64,000 nt of DNA from assembly GCA_020184695.1 (NCBI GenBank), contig JAANOX010000034.1:186001-250000 (forward strand), read 5' to 3'. The first letter of the stretch is position 1. Each line of letters begins with the position of its first letter. This document shows positions 39,601 to 51,398 of this stretch, piece after piece. The translations under genes were made by a program, and so were the position numbers. This DNA comes from Histomonas meleagridis 2922-C6/04-290x. Taxonomy: Eukaryota; Protista; Parabasalia. The notes below the pieces were generated by a model that saw only the letters and a program-made list of their open reading frames with translations, was not told where the DNA came from and did no database searches.

Positions 39601-42600
39601 AATGATGCATCTAATGAAACATCATTACTTAAAATGCTTCGTGAAATTGAAAACACTTGGGATAAGATTGATTTACAAATTATTCCACATAAAGAAAAGA
39701 AAGATTTTTATTTAATTGGTGGTATTGATGAAATCACCGAAACATTAGAAGAGACACAAGTACAACTTTCTACAATTAGAAGTTCACGTTATGTTGGAGC
39801 AATTAAAACACAAGTTGATGACTTAAGTAAGTCGATGAATTTATTAGGAAAATGTTTAGAAAATATTTCAGTGTTTCAAATTGCTTTTAATTCATTAAGT
39901 AAAATATTTTCATCATCTGATATCCAACGAGAATTAGCTACACAATCAAAAGAATTGTTTGTTATCGAGCGACAATTTAAAACTTGGGGTCAACATGCAA
40001 GAGATTCACCACGTGCATTTAAGTTATGTTCTAATCCTAAAGTATTACAATTATTTGATGGCTGGTTAGAATCAATTGAGAAAATACAAAAAGATTTGGA
40101 AGAATTTTTACAAAAGAAAAGAACTGCTTTTCCAAGATTTTATTTCTTATCAAACGAAAACTTACTCAAAATCTTCGCAGAAGCAAGAAATCCAAAAGCT
40201 GTACAACCATTTTTACCAAAACTTTTCGATGGTATTCATACATTAGAATTTTCTCCAAATGGACAAGATATCTTAGCAATGTATAGTGTTGAAGGAGAAA
40301 AAATTTCATTATCGAAATGCCAATCAATTGGTGCAATAGAAAATTGGTTAAATAATTTAGAGAAATCAATGAAATTAACTTTACATCATTTATTTAAAGA
40401 TGGTTTAAATGCTTATATTACAATGTCTCGAATAGATTGGATACAAAAACATTATGCACAAGTAATATCAGTTATATCACAAATAAAATTTGCACAAAAT
40501 GTAGAAGAAGCATTAATATCATCAAATCCTTTAGAATCATTAAAGAATTTAAATGAACAAATGAATCAAAATTTATCTGATTTATCAGATTTAGTCCGTT
40601 GTCAATTACCACGTTCTAAAAGATCAGCTATAGTATCATTAATTACATTAGATATACATTCACGTGATATAATTATTGAATTAATTAATGAAAATGTACA
40701 AAGTTTAAATGATTTTTGTTGGGTTAAAAGATTACGTTATTATTGGGATACTGATTTAAATCGCATCTGTTTAAATCAAGCTAATGCTCGAATAGAATAT
40801 GGTTATGAATATTTAGGTGCTACTTCTCGTTTAGTCGTAACACCATTAACAGAACGTTGTTATTTAACATTAACGAGTGCATTACAATGTTATTTAGGTG
40901 GTTCACCAGCAGGGCCTGCAGGTACAGGTAAAACAGAAACAGTTAAAGACTTATCGAAAGCTGTTGGTAATTTTTGTGTTGTCTTTAATTGTTCAGATGC
41001 AGTTACTGTCATCCAAATGGAATCATTCTTTAGTGGGTTATCACAAACTGGTGCATGGGCATGTTTTGATGAATTTAATCGAATTAACATTGAAGTCCTT
41101 TCTGTTATAGCAGAACAAGTATATACTATACAAAATGCTATAGCTTCACATTTGAAAACTTTCCAATTTTCTGGACAATTAATACCATTAAATCCTAGAG
41201 TTGGTATCTTTATTACAATGAATCCTGGTTATGCAGGTCGAACAGAATTACCAGATAATCTTAAATCATTATTTAGACCGATATCAATGATGGTACCTGA
41301 TTATTCGATGATTGCCGAAAATATTTTATATTCAGAAGGTTTTAATAATGCTAAACCTTTAGCACGTAAAATTACACAATTATATAAATTAAGTTCTGAA
41401 ATGTTAAGTCATCAAAGTCATTATGATTTTGGTATGCGTGCATTAAAATCTGTTTTAATAATGGCAGGTAAATCGAAGCGTAAAACACCTACGTTAAATG
41501 AAGATATAATATTAATTAGAGCTATGAAAGATTCAAATGTTTCTAAATTATTAATTGATGATTATAAATTATTTAATGATATTATTAGTGATTTATTCCC
41601 TGGAGTAGAATTTGAAGAAGAAACATTTGAAGAATTAACTAATGCTATTAATCAAGCTATAAATGAAAGAGGATTACAACAATCGAATTATATTATAAAC
41701 AAAACAATACAATTATATCAAATAATGAATATTAGACATGGTGTAATGTTAGTAGGTCAAACAGGTGGAGGTAAAACTACTTCACGAAATTTATTATCAG
41801 ATGCTTTAGATATATTAAATAAACCTGTAGAACAAGTTGAAGTTAATCCCAAAGCTGTAACTTTATCTGATCTTTATGGTTCTTATAATTTAGTTACTAA
41901 TGAATGGAAAAATGGTTTAGTTGGAAAATTCTTTAGTGAAATGTCTGAAGCAGATCCTAATATTCAACAATGGATTATATTCGATGGTCCTGTTGATGCT
42001 TTATGGATCGAAAACTTAAATACTGTATTAGATGATAATAAGCTTTTATCATTAGCTAATTCTGATCGAATTAAAATGACTGATCAAATGCATTTATTAT
42101 TTGAAGTTGGTGATTTATCACAAGCTTCTCCTGCAACTGTATCACGTTGTGGAATGGTATATTATCAACCTGAAGATTTAGGTTGGAAACCTTTAATTTA
42201 TTCTTGGATTAATAATCAGCCTCAAAATGTACATGAAATTTATAAAACAATTTTCGAATCTACATATGATAATTCTATAAAAGTTATTACGGATACATGT
42301 AAAACTGTTATTACTCCAATTATTTGGAATATTTCTAATTCATTATGTTCTATTATTGATTCATTAATTAAAGAACAAAATATTGATATAGAAAATATAG
42401 CTAAAGATCAAATCGAAAAAATTATTTATCATATTTATGTCTTTGCATTAACTTGGTCTTTTGGTTCTATAATTACATTAGAAACTCGTAATGATTTTGA
42501 CTCATTTTTACGTGAAAACTTTGAAACTAAAATTAATTATCCAAAACGTAAAACACTTTTTGATTATTATTTAGATATTAAAGAATTACGATTTATATCA

Positions 42601-45600
42601 TGGGAAAACATGATAAAGAATGAAGAAAATCAAACTTCATTTATACAAACAAGTGATACAATTAAATATTCTTATTTGTTATCAATATTAATACATCAAA
42701 AACGACCTGTTTTATTTTTAGGTGAAAGTGGTTGTGGTAAAACTTCAATTATTCAAAACACCTTAAATAAAGAAATGAATTCGATTTTCTCAATATTATT
42801 TACTTTATCTGCTAGAACTTCAATACAACAAATTAAAGAATTAATTGAAAATAAAATGTTACATAAAAGAAAAACTTTATATGGTCCACCTGAAGGTAAA
42901 TCAGCTGTTTTATTAATTGATGATTTTAATTTACCTCGACCTGATACTTATATGTCACAACCACCAATAGAAATATTACGAACTATAATTAATAATAAAG
43001 GTATTTATAATACGGATGAATTATATTGGTGTGATATTGAAGATTTAACTGTAATTGCTGCTGGTATGGAAATTGGTCATGTAACAAAACGTTTTATTTC
43101 AAAGTTTTCTATTTTATCTTTACCTTCACCAAGTGATTCAGTTTTAAATTGTATATTTTCTGAGATATTAAATAAATTTTTAAATAATGGATTTGCAGAA
43201 AATATCGTAAATATGTCATCAATGATTGTTAAAGCTTCAATACAATTTTATCGTAAAATTAAATTAGAATTATTACCAACACCTTCACGTTCACATTATA
43301 AATTTAATATGCGTGATTTATCTAGAATGTTTAAAGGTATTTTATTAACTACAAAAGATTCATTAAATGATCCTATTTCATTTATTAAACTTTGGTTCCA
43401 TGAAAATATTCGAGTTTTTGGTGATAGATTAATTGATGATAATGATCATATTAAATTAAATAATACATTATATGATATAGCTAAAACAGAATTACGAGTT
43501 AAAGAAGAAATGTCATTTTATTTCGATGATAAACAATTATTAATATGGACAGATATATTAAAAGGTTATGGATCAACAGTTCATATTTATCAAGAAGCAA
43601 ATTCTATGTTACAATTAACAGCTTCATTAAATACATTTTCAAATATATATAAAACTTCAATTATTTTATTTAAACAATCAATTGAACATATCTTAAGAAT
43701 AGTTAGAGTAATGAGACAACCTTCAGGACATATGTTATTAGTAGGAATGGGAGGTACAGGTAAAAGAACTTCTGCTAGATTTGCTGCATTTGTATCTGAT
43801 ATTGAAGTCTTTGAACTTCAACCTACAAAAGATTATAAAATTAATGAATTTCGTAATGACTTAAAAACAATTTTCAAAATTGCTGGTATTCAAAATAAGC
43901 CAATAATGTTTTTATTAAATGATGAACAAATTATCGATGAATCATTTTTAGAAGATATTAATAATGTTTTAAATAATGGTGAAGTACCAGGTTTATTTGA
44001 AACAGAAGAATTTAATCAATTAATTAATGAATTAGTACCAATGATGAAGAAATCTAATGAATCAATTGATTATGAATCATTATGTAAAAAGTTTACTTCA
44101 AATATAATGAAGAACTTACATATAGTTTTAGCGTTATCTCCTATTGGTGGAAGATTTAGAGATCGATGTAGAATATTCCCTGCTTTAGTTAATTGTTGTA
44201 CTATCGATTGGTTTGAACCTTGGAATAATGAAGCACTTGAAACAGTAGCTAATGGTTTATTAAAGAAGATGGATTCATTAAATAAGTTTAATGATCAAAT
44301 CGAAACAATTTCTAAGTTATCAACTTATGGACATTCATTAGTAGTAGAAATATCCGAAAAGTTTAAACATGAACTTAATCGAATATATTATGTAACACCT
44401 GCAATATACATTGAATATTTCTCTTTATTTAATGATATGTTAAAGAAAAGAATATCTGAAATGAAACAAAAGAAAGAACAATTAAAGAAAGGTATTGATA
44501 AATTAGCAGGTACTAATAATAAAGTACAAGAAATGGAAGCGGAATTACAAAAGTTAACTCCATTACTTGAGAAAAAAGCTAACGAAACAAATGAATTAAT
44601 GGAAAAACTTAAAGTTGATAAAGTTAAAGTTAATGAAGCACATAAATCAATATCAGCAGAAGAAGAAATAGTACAACAAGTTCGAACTAAAGCATTAAAA
44701 CTTGCTTCTGAAGCTCAAGCAGATTTAGATAAAGCGATGCCTTTATTAAACGCAGCACTTTCAGCTGTTGAAGATTTAAAGAATCGAAAATCCGAATTAG
44801 CAGTTGTTAAAACATTTGTAAAGCCTCCACAATTAGTAATCGAAATTATGGAAGCAGTTTGTTTATTAAATGGTCGAAATGGTGATTGGGCATCAGCTAA
44901 ATCATTTTTAGCACAAACAGATTTCTTTAATCAATTATTAGAAGTACATAATAAACCTATACCAGAATCAACATTAAATTATATACGTAAAATGGCTTCA
45001 GATCCTAAATATAGTATTAAAAACGTTGCATCTGTTAGTGAAAGTGCTGCATGTTTATTTAAATGGGTAACTGCAATCGAAAAATATGTAACAGAACGTC
45101 AACGAATTTTACCGAAACAAAAACGTAGAGATGAAGCTCAAGAAGCACTTAATGAAGCCGAGAAAAATCTTAAAGAAAAACAAGATGAACTTAAAATTAT
45201 TTCGGATCAATTAACTAATTTACAAAATCAATTTGATGAAAGTCAAAAACAACAAATCGAATTAACAGAAAAAATTAAACAATGTCAATATCGACTTAAG
45301 AATGCTTCATTATTAACAGTAGCTTTAGATGATGAACGAATTCGTTGGAAAGAAAATTTAATTGAACTTTCTAATTCTAAAAAATCAATTTTAGGTGATA
45401 CATTATTAATTGTATTTCATATAGCTTATATTGGACCATTTTCATATAATTATCGATCAGAAATTATCACTAAAATGATATCTAAAACTAAAGAATTAAA
45501 TTTACAAATATCAAATAATTTCTCATTAGAAAATATAACAATTTCTCCAGCAACATTAAGAGAATGGCAAGTAAATGGTTTACCACAAGATTTATTATCG

Positions 45601-48600
45601 AAACAAAATGGTGTTTTAGTTACAATGTCTAAAAGATATCCATTATTAATTGATCCTCAAGGTCAAGGACGAAAATGGTTAATCGAAAATAATCAAGTTA
45701 AAACATTACGATCAGATGATCCTAATTATATTCGATCTATTGAGAATGCTATACGTGTAGGTTCATCAGTATTATTAGAAGATGTTGGAGAAGTATTAGA
45801 TCCGGGTTTAGATTTTATATTATCTCCTAAAATCCAAAAGAAAAATGGCCGAATTTCGATTAGAATTGGTAATAAATGGGTCGATAAAGATCCAAACTTT
45901 AAATTATATATTACTACGAAACTTAATAATCCAAATTTCTTACCTGATATATTTAATCAACTTTCAGTAATTAACTTTTCTGTCACGAAAGAAGGACTTG
46001 AAGAACAATTATTAAGTGATGTAGTATTACATGAAATGCCTGAATTAGAAAATCAAAGATCTGAATTAATCATTGAAATATCTAAAGATCAAAAAGCATT
46101 AAATGAATTAATGGATAAAATTCTTCATTTATTATTTACTTCTACTGGTAATATATTAGATAATGAAACTTTAATTGCGACTTTACATAATGCAAAAGAA
46201 ACTTCTAAACAAGTAATGTCTAGACTTAAACAATCAGAAAAAACTGAAAAAGAAATTACCGAAAAAAGAAGTATTTATAATAATGTAGCAGAACGTGGTG
46301 CGCTTTTATACTTTGTAATATTAGAATTACCTGGAATTGATTCTATGTATCAATATTCATTAGAATTCTTCAAGCGAATTTTTAATGAAGTTTTAGTTAA
46401 TACTGAAGAATGTGAAGATATTCCATTAAAATGTATTAAATATATTAATAACTTAACTTATTCTACTTATGCTAATGTTTCTAGAGGACTTTTCGATAAT
46501 CATAGACTTGTATTCTCATTTTTAATTGCTACAAGATTATTAAGAACTACAAATAAAATTACTGATGAAATGTGGGAATTATTTATACGTGGACCTAAAG
46601 AAATTGATGTTGAACAATTCGAAAAACCTAATTCAAATATCGAAACAAGAATTTGGTCAAAAATTTGTTCACTTTCTAAAACGTTTAAAGGACTTGAAAC
46701 TCATATTAATCAAAATTATAATTTATGGAAACCTTTAATCGAAGAAGATTCAATAAAATTCCCTTCTCCATATAATAACTTAACAATATTTGAACAATTA
46801 ATAATAATTTCATCAATATCAAAACGTAAAGTTTCGACTTTAGCACGGAATTTAATTCAAGATGAATTAGATGAAAGTTATTTAACTATATCAAATGTAA
46901 GTTTAGAAGATCCATTTAATGATACATCGAATGATATTCCATTATTATTTATATTATCACAAGGTGCAGATCCACGAGAATTACTTGAAAGGTTTGCACA
47001 ACAAAAAGGTTATTCTAATAAATTAAAAGTAATATCATTAGGTCAAGGAAGAGGCCCTACAGCAGTTAACATGTTAAAACGAGCCAAAACTAAAGGCGAA
47101 TGGGTCTTTTTACAAAACTGTCATTTATGTCCATCATTTTTACCCAAACTTGAACATATGATTCAAAAGATGTCACGTAAATCATCGACATATCATAAAG
47201 AATTCCGATTATTCTTAAGTTCAATGCCAACGAATGAATTCCCAATATTCATATTACGGAATTCCATAAAAGTTACAAGTGAACCACCATCAGGAATCCA
47301 ATCGAACATTAACTTATTAATGAATACTATTAATTCTAAACAATGGGAAAGTGGATCAAAGATTCGTCCATGGAAGAAATTGTTGTTTAGTATCGCTGTC
47401 TTTCATTCGACGATTCAAGAACGTAAACGTTATGGATCATTAGGGTTTAATAAGATATATGAATGGAATCCAAGTGATTTCTTAATATCAATTAAAATGT
47501 TACGAATATTTCTAACTCAAAATGATGACTTACAATGGGACGCTTTAAGACAAATGATCGGAGACGTGATTTATGGCGGAAGAGTGACCGATGATTGGGA
47601 TCGAAGATGTATGAACTCTTTACTCGATAAGTTTTTATGTAACAAAGCACTCGAAGATGGATATTATTTCGATGAAAATAAGTTATACCCAACAATTCCT
47701 TTGTTCTCATACGCTCAAATCCAAAAATTTGTCACAAAGAATTTCCCGATTGAAGATTCGCCTTCAATATTCGGATTTCATCCAACAGCATTAAACACAT
47801 TAAATTTACAAAAATCAGAAAATTTAATCGATTTGGTGCTCGCGGTACAACCAAACGAAGGTAATTCTTCCGTTATGCAAAAAGATGACGAAACTGTTTT
47901 GGAGTTAATAAATGAATTGGAATCTCAATTACCAATTGTGATCACAACAAAAAATGCTCACAAGTCGTTGTTTAAAGAATCGTATGGAAACAAAATGAAC
48001 TCTTTAACAATAACGTTGTTACAAGAAGTCGATCGTTATAACTCATTACTTAATCTGATACATAATTCTCTTGGCTTACTTAAAAAGGCGATTAAGGGAG
48101 AAGTACTGATGTCAATCGAATTGTCGGAGTTATACCATAATTTGATTAACAAACAAATTCCAAAACAATGGGCAAATATATCATATCCATCTCAAAAACC
48201 TTTAATCCCATGGTATAAAGACTTGATTAAAAGAATCGATTTCATACAAAATTGGATTAAGAAAGGTGAGCCAAATGTCTTTTGGTTTTCCGGATTTTAT
48301 TTCCCGCAATCATTTTTAACAGCAATATTACAAAATCATTCGAGAAAATATTCGGTGCCTATTGACACTTTAGAATTCGAGGCTGAAATTATGAACCAAA
48401 ATAAAGATGATTTCATTAATCAACCAGAAGATGGTGTTTATATCTATGGGTTATATTTCGATGGCGCACAATGGGATTTCGAAAATAATTGTTTATGTGA
48501 TTGTAACTTGAATAATAATAACTATGTCGAAGCACCCGTAATACATTTAATTCCAAAAGTTGATTTTACTTGTCCAAAAGATCAATACTTGTGTCCAGTG

Positions 48601-48744
48601 TATAGGACTGCTGTTAGAGCAGGTGTACTCTCAACAACAGGGCATTCAACGAATTTTGTGGTTGCACTAAATATTCCATCCAAAGAAAAACCGAAAAAGT
48701 GGACGTTACGCGGCACAGCACTTTTGCTAGAAACACCATTTTAA
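36604..48744 (+). CDS. Axonemal dynein heavy chain (inner-arm, DNAH6-like), intact motor domain
   Basis: 4046 aa with AAA1 GPAGTGKTETVKDL and CFDEFNR, AAA2 GQTGGGKT, AAA3 GESGCGKT and AAA4 GMGGTGK, plus a stalk/MTBD region and C-terminal 'CPVYRT...GHSTNFV...WTLRGTALL'. Confidence 0.96.
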   Translation: MNEKDLLDRIYIKNRPQTVSHGLRPKNPSQISPTLTTRKNKSNQNNFNGVSIPMLSIPKDPKQSNLTSADRPGISVRRVKTNNRSNNENNTTISRPHTAIPSNQQSHLLSPIRNSRFPTLDGTTNIDRSQNSTSNSNRFKPDRPQTSFNKTIPKGSEYIVTPTQSVFHLKKSNLSARAPDSLEQFKNDPLYSSIISDELWNDQKYIFYYIRLIRQKRLEQEFLYFETEPSTDKEPENVYLLHIISPSEVNWNKYYTLSYEGITSNIERKSEFCPLQQWVRECTLYIQTKENKFFKRYQQWRAFSLIYRITKNRMLFNSKSKISLSLFHVDETLRKAILVLQRCCESLQKLSLVDVLSSQTLTLKQFIQKQYDHETKVSKLINDLIEEARIAIVQACDYSYELTGTMDSIKPKKENKKKNEKKEKRNIKSRFNNDKKKKIIISNDMMVYTQLATQNFCIKRLARFIKLCDYKLIHSLHTFTVESCKQLVEFLTPRIDSSGGDITRLKTEVIINSNKLGFSPSVKEMENEIILIWQHLLSSIYRIQTFSEHQSLTQYCPQKKSRKGDNSLVSLVEIIQKDNLYQKLSKDLINNIETAYKLADEKLLLYQPHFENYLINIKFNVHEIQEQNPNAEFYNNAIHQYQQEIQNIDSLQTSIQVHMLLIQLSKFCDRIKPTPRKCLEQLYSIIPLIAENKVNALTQQLNDALTILHTEPNDVHSFVSTLEFRRKLTKDFDQIRKDYAETSAFYTLISDNKITTSEDSIVSFRALAPLIGNLEALIISTKEDEENKIQKWKPSLQNLLVNVRKELLDIHYKTNDAKVLDKDSNPDEVIKYLINCQNEVNELSKRCEQIQSYQKSLQLKVSPIDELTETSVDLDNKLLLWKSHKEWKELITKWNPTPFKSIKIEEFNDGIQKFTRIASQLSTSLPEHPLVPIFKSSVFKYTEILPVIIALSNPCLTSIHWNKIERITGVTKLQETNYPLIYLIDKQFSSYSEAIESISNDASNETSLLKMLREIENTWDKIDLQIIPHKEKKDFYLIGGIDEITETLEETQVQLSTIRSSRYVGAIKTQVDDLSKSMNLLGKCLENISVFQIAFNSLSKIFSSSDIQRELATQSKELFVIERQFKTWGQHARDSPRAFKLCSNPKVLQLFDGWLESIEKIQKDLEEFLQKKRTAFPRFYFLSNENLLKIFAEARNPKAVQPFLPKLFDGIHTLEFSPNGQDILAMYSVEGEKISLSKCQSIGAIENWLNNLEKSMKLTLHHLFKDGLNAYITMSRIDWIQKHYAQVISVISQIKFAQNVEEALISSNPLESLKNLNEQMNQNLSDLSDLVRCQLPRSKRSAIVSLITLDIHSRDIIIELINENVQSLNDFCWVKRLRYYWDTDLNRICLNQANARIEYGYEYLGATSRLVVTPLTERCYLTLTSALQCYLGGSPAGPAGTGKTETVKDLSKAVGNFCVVFNCSDAVTVIQMESFFSGLSQTGAWACFDEFNRINIEVLSVIAEQVYTIQNAIASHLKTFQFSGQLIPLNPRVGIFITMNPGYAGRTELPDNLKSLFRPISMMVPDYSMIAENILYSEGFNNAKPLARKITQLYKLSSEMLSHQSHYDFGMRALKSVLIMAGKSKRKTPTLNEDIILIRAMKDSNVSKLLIDDYKLFNDIISDLFPGVEFEEETFEELTNAINQAINERGLQQSNYIINKTIQLYQIMNIRHGVMLVGQTGGGKTTSRNLLSDALDILNKPVEQVEVNPKAVTLSDLYGSYNLVTNEWKNGLVGKFFSEMSEADPNIQQWIIFDGPVDALWIENLNTVLDDNKLLSLANSDRIKMTDQMHLLFEVGDLSQASPATVSRCGMVYYQPEDLGWKPLIYSWINNQPQNVHEIYKTIFESTYDNSIKVITDTCKTVITPIIWNISNSLCSIIDSLIKEQNIDIENIAKDQIEKIIYHIYVFALTWSFGSIITLETRNDFDSFLRENFETKINYPKRKTLFDYYLDIKELRFISWENMIKNEENQTSFIQTSDTIKYSYLLSILIHQKRPVLFLGESGCGKTSIIQNTLNKEMNSIFSILFTLSARTSIQQIKELIENKMLHKRKTLYGPPEGKSAVLLIDDFNLPRPDTYMSQPPIEILRTIINNKGIYNTDELYWCDIEDLTVIAAGMEIGHVTKRFISKFSILSLPSPSDSVLNCIFSEILNKFLNNGFAENIVNMSSMIVKASIQFYRKIKLELLPTPSRSHYKFNMRDLSRMFKGILLTTKDSLNDPISFIKLWFHENIRVFGDRLIDDNDHIKLNNTLYDIAKTELRVKEEMSFYFDDKQLLIWTDILKGYGSTVHIYQEANSMLQLTASLNTFSNIYKTSIILFKQSIEHILRIVRVMRQPSGHMLLVGMGGTGKRTSARFAAFVSDIEVFELQPTKDYKINEFRNDLKTIFKIAGIQNKPIMFLLNDEQIIDESFLEDINNVLNNGEVPGLFETEEFNQLINELVPMMKKSNESIDYESLCKKFTSNIMKNLHIVLALSPIGGRFRDRCRIFPALVNCCTIDWFEPWNNEALETVANGLLKKMDSLNKFNDQIETISKLSTYGHSLVVEISEKFKHELNRIYYVTPAIYIEYFSLFNDMLKKRISEMKQKKEQLKKGIDKLAGTNNKVQEMEAELQKLTPLLEKKANETNELMEKLKVDKVKVNEAHKSISAEEEIVQQVRTKALKLASEAQADLDKAMPLLNAALSAVEDLKNRKSELAVVKTFVKPPQLVIEIMEAVCLLNGRNGDWASAKSFLAQTDFFNQLLEVHNKPIPESTLNYIRKMASDPKYSIKNVASVSESAACLFKWVTAIEKYVTERQRILPKQKRRDEAQEALNEAEKNLKEKQDELKIISDQLTNLQNQFDESQKQQIELTEKIKQCQYRLKNASLLTVALDDERIRWKENLIELSNSKKSILGDTLLIVFHIAYIGPFSYNYRSEIITKMISKTKELNLQISNNFSLENITISPATLREWQVNGLPQDLLSKQNGVLVTMSKRYPLLIDPQGQGRKWLIENNQVKTLRSDDPNYIRSIENAIRVGSSVLLEDVGEVLDPGLDFILSPKIQKKNGRISIRIGNKWVDKDPNFKLYITTKLNNPNFLPDIFNQLSVINFSVTKEGLEEQLLSDVVLHEMPELENQRSELIIEISKDQKALNELMDKILHLLFTSTGNILDNETLIATLHNAKETSKQVMSRLKQSEKTEKEITEKRSIYNNVAERGALLYFVILELPGIDSMYQYSLEFFKRIFNEVLVNTEECEDIPLKCIKYINNLTYSTYANVSRGLFDNHRLVFSFLIATRLLRTTNKITDEMWELFIRGPKEIDVEQFEKPNSNIETRIWSKICSLSKTFKGLETHINQNYNLWKPLIEEDSIKFPSPYNNLTIFEQLIIISSISKRKVSTLARNLIQDELDESYLTISNVSLEDPFNDTSNDIPLLFILSQGADPRELLERFAQQKGYSNKLKVISLGQGRGPTAVNMLKRAKTKGEWVFLQNCHLCPSFLPKLEHMIQKMSRKSSTYHKEFRLFLSSMPTNEFPIFILRNSIKVTSEPPSGIQSNINLLMNTINSKQWESGSKIRPWKKLLFSIAVFHSTIQERKRYGSLGFNKIYEWNPSDFLISIKMLRIFLTQNDDLQWDALRQMIGDVIYGGRVTDDWDRRCMNSLLDKFLCNKALEDGYYFDENKLYPTIPLFSYAQIQKFVTKNFPIEDSPSIFGFHPTALNTLNLQKSENLIDLVLAVQPNEGNSSVMQKDDETVLELINELESQLPIVITTKNAHKSLFKESYGNKMNSLTITLLQEVDRYNSLLNLIHNSLGLLKKAIKGEVLMSIELSELYHNLINKQIPKQWANISYPSQKPLIPWYKDLIKRIDFIQNWIKKGEPNVFWFSGFYFPQSFLTAILQNHSRKYSVPIDTLEFEAEIMNQNKDDFINQPEDGVYIYGLYFDGAQWDFENNCLCDCNLNNNNYVEAPVIHLIPKVDFTCPKDQYLCPVYRTAVRAGVLSTTGHSTNFVVALNIPSKEKPKKWTLRGTALLLETPF

Positions 48745-49362
48745 TCATAATAAAATGTTTTTTATATTAATATATTTTGAATCACAAATATAAAAGCAAA
48801 AAAGATGTCATTATGTAGTTTGTTTATTTTTAATTTTCTGGATTCATTTTATTTAAATCTGTTGAATCAATTTAACAATTTCTGTATACAATAGCTTTTT
48901 TTTAGTTGCATTTTTTTTATTCTTGATAGAAATTCCTATTCATTATTAATTTCATGTGCAATCATAAGAATTTTAATTAAACAATATTACAGTTCAGGAC
49001 AAGTAAAATTCCCCGTTGACATACATTGGCCAATCAGGCATAATACATTCTGGACTAATCTCGGGCCCCAAAAGGTACATACCCGATGAGCTGTAGCATT
49101 ATGCATATTGAACATATTTCAAAGTGTAGGCGTGGGTTATATTGAGTGTTGGTCTACAGGTTTTTCACAGCAGTCTAATTATAAAAATTTCGAAATTTTT
49201 TAGAATAAAAATATAATTCTTTATTTTTTTCCACTTTTTTTATATGTCTCATTATTACATAATAATAAAAAAATAAGTCTACCTAATCAGCTTTTATCCA
49301 AAATTAAAACAAACAATGCTCCTTTGTTCGTATATCTTTAGCATTTATATGAACCAAAGCCC

Positions 49363-51398
49363 TTAAAAACCCTTGGATTGTGCGAGAAAACGATGAAAGA
49401 TGTCAACTATTATCGTATTATCTTTTTTAGATGCAATCAAAAGTGCTGTTCTAAATCATATAAATAATTTCCAAATATTATTTTGAAATTTTAAATTATT
49501 AATATAAATTTTCAATAAAATAAATAAATATCTTTGGCATTGACATCAATTCATTTTTGTTGAAGAAGTAATTTAACTATTTCTGTACGACCTTTTTCAG
49601 ATGATAAAATAAGTGCTGTATCAAATAATTTAAATAATTTCCAAATATTATTTTGAAATAAGAAATTATTAAAATAAATTTTAAATAAAACAAATAAATA
49701 TCTTTAACATTAATATCAGTTCCTTCTTGTTCAAGAAGTAATTTAACTATTTCTGTATGACCATTTTCAGATGCATAAATAAGTGCTGTAAAAAATAATT
49801 TAAATAATTTCCAAATATTATTTTAAAATATTAAATTATTAAAATAAATTTTCAATAAAACAAATAAATATCTTTAGCATTAATATCAATTCCTTCTTGT
49901 TCAAGAAGTAATTTAACGATTTCTGTATGACCATTTTCAGATGCATAAATAAGTGCTGTATTAAATAATTTAAATAATTTCCAAATATTATTTTGAAAAT
50001 TTAAATAATTAAAATAAATTTCAAATAAAACAAATAAATATCTTTAGCATTAATATCAATTCCTTCTTGTTCAAGAAGTAATTTAACTATTTCTGTATGA
50101 CAATTTTCAGATGCATACATAAGTGCTGTATCAAATAATTTAAATAATTTTTAAATATTATTTTGAAATATAAAATTATTAAAATAAATTTTAAATAAAA
50201 CAAATGAATATTTTTAGCATTAATATCAATTCCTCTTTGCTTTAAAATGTAACAAGTTCAATATTTCCTGAAAATGAAGCAAAAACTAAAATATCTTCTG
50301 GAATTTGATTATTTTTAAGGAAATATTTTACAAGAAAAATATTTCCAATTTTTGCTGCTTTATTAATGATATTTTTATTAATTTTCATTCCTTCTTTTTC
50401 TAAATATGTAAAAATTTCATAATTAAAATATGAAACACATATTTCTCCTAATTCTTTTAAATTATTAATATCTTCAATTTTATTTTCATAAAGATGATAA
50501 AAGATATTATTTCGATGAAATTCAATTGCTGTTTTATATGCATCTTCAAATGATGAATGATTTTGTTCACATAAATGAATAATTTCTTCATTTCCACCTG
50601 CAACTGCATATTTACCTGTGTTATCTATTTTAGAACCATTCATAAGTAAATATTTAAAACATTTAACTGATCCAAAAAATGCTGCATAATCAATCAATGT
50701 AACATTTTCTTTATTAATAAATGACCATCTTTCATAAATTGATTTTGGAATTATTTGATTATAATCGAATTCATTTTGTGATGATATTTCTTGTAGTTTC
50801 TCTATTTCATCATTTCGAATTATTTTTGCAATTTCATTTGGATTAACTCCTTCTTTAATTAATTGCTTATGAAGTGCAAAATCATTCTTCGAAAGTTTTT
50901 CATAAGAAATATTTTCTTGATCAAATAAATATTTATTTTATATATATATATATATTCATCTGATTTATCTTGATTAATATGAACAAAAAATGGTTCACAT
51001 ATATTTTGGATGATTTTTGATTCAATTAAATTATACTTAATCATATAATTAAGTAAATAAAATGATTCTTGCGTGTGTTTTTTAAGTAGAAATTGAGAAA
51101 ATAAATTTATTATTTTTGAGTTGATCTTATTATTTTCTTCAAATTTTTCAATTTCTTGTAATAATCTCAAATATATATCAAAATTATTACTATTAATCAA
51201 AAGATATGTATATATCATTCGGCATATAATGATATCATAAGATATTGAATATTTTTTACAAAATTTGCTGAGGGTAAAATTTGATGATTGAGCAAAATTA
51301 TCTATATTCAAACCAAAGATTATGTTTTTAAGCGTTGTAAATGTTTCCCATTCGTTTTTAGATTTCTGATTTATTGTTGCTGTTTGATTTTGAATCAT
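49363..51398 (-). pseudogene. DUF3447-like + ankyrin-repeat gene with five 4-module spacers; carries lesions
   Basis: N-terminal ORF 51398-50859, a frameshift near the TA/A run at about 50937, then 'IDYAAFFGSVKCF' domain. There is an apparent 4-nt deletion at about 50250 and an in-frame TGA at about 49552. Spacers at 50209, 50039, 49869, 49699 and 49529 decode to KYKD, EKGN, KNGF, KLGD and KKGR. Stop at 49365-49363. Confidence 0.75.
49441..50230 (-). repeat. 170-nt period tandem array (90-nt ankyrin block + 80-nt modular spacer)
   Basis: 'aagtgctgt' recurs at 49441, 49611, 49781, 49951 and 50121. Confidence 0.95.

Noticed and set aside
49118-49135. U2 snRNA-like 'CAAAGTGTAG' motif
   Set aside because: It lacks the GTAGTA branch-pairing sequence and the conserved U2 5' stem context.
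50925-50960. A 17-nt element explaining the frameshift in the DUF3447-like N-terminal region
   Set aside because: No RT...TT 17-mer fits cleanly. A single missing A in the A-run restores 'YKNKYLFD', so a homopolymer error or lesion is simpler.
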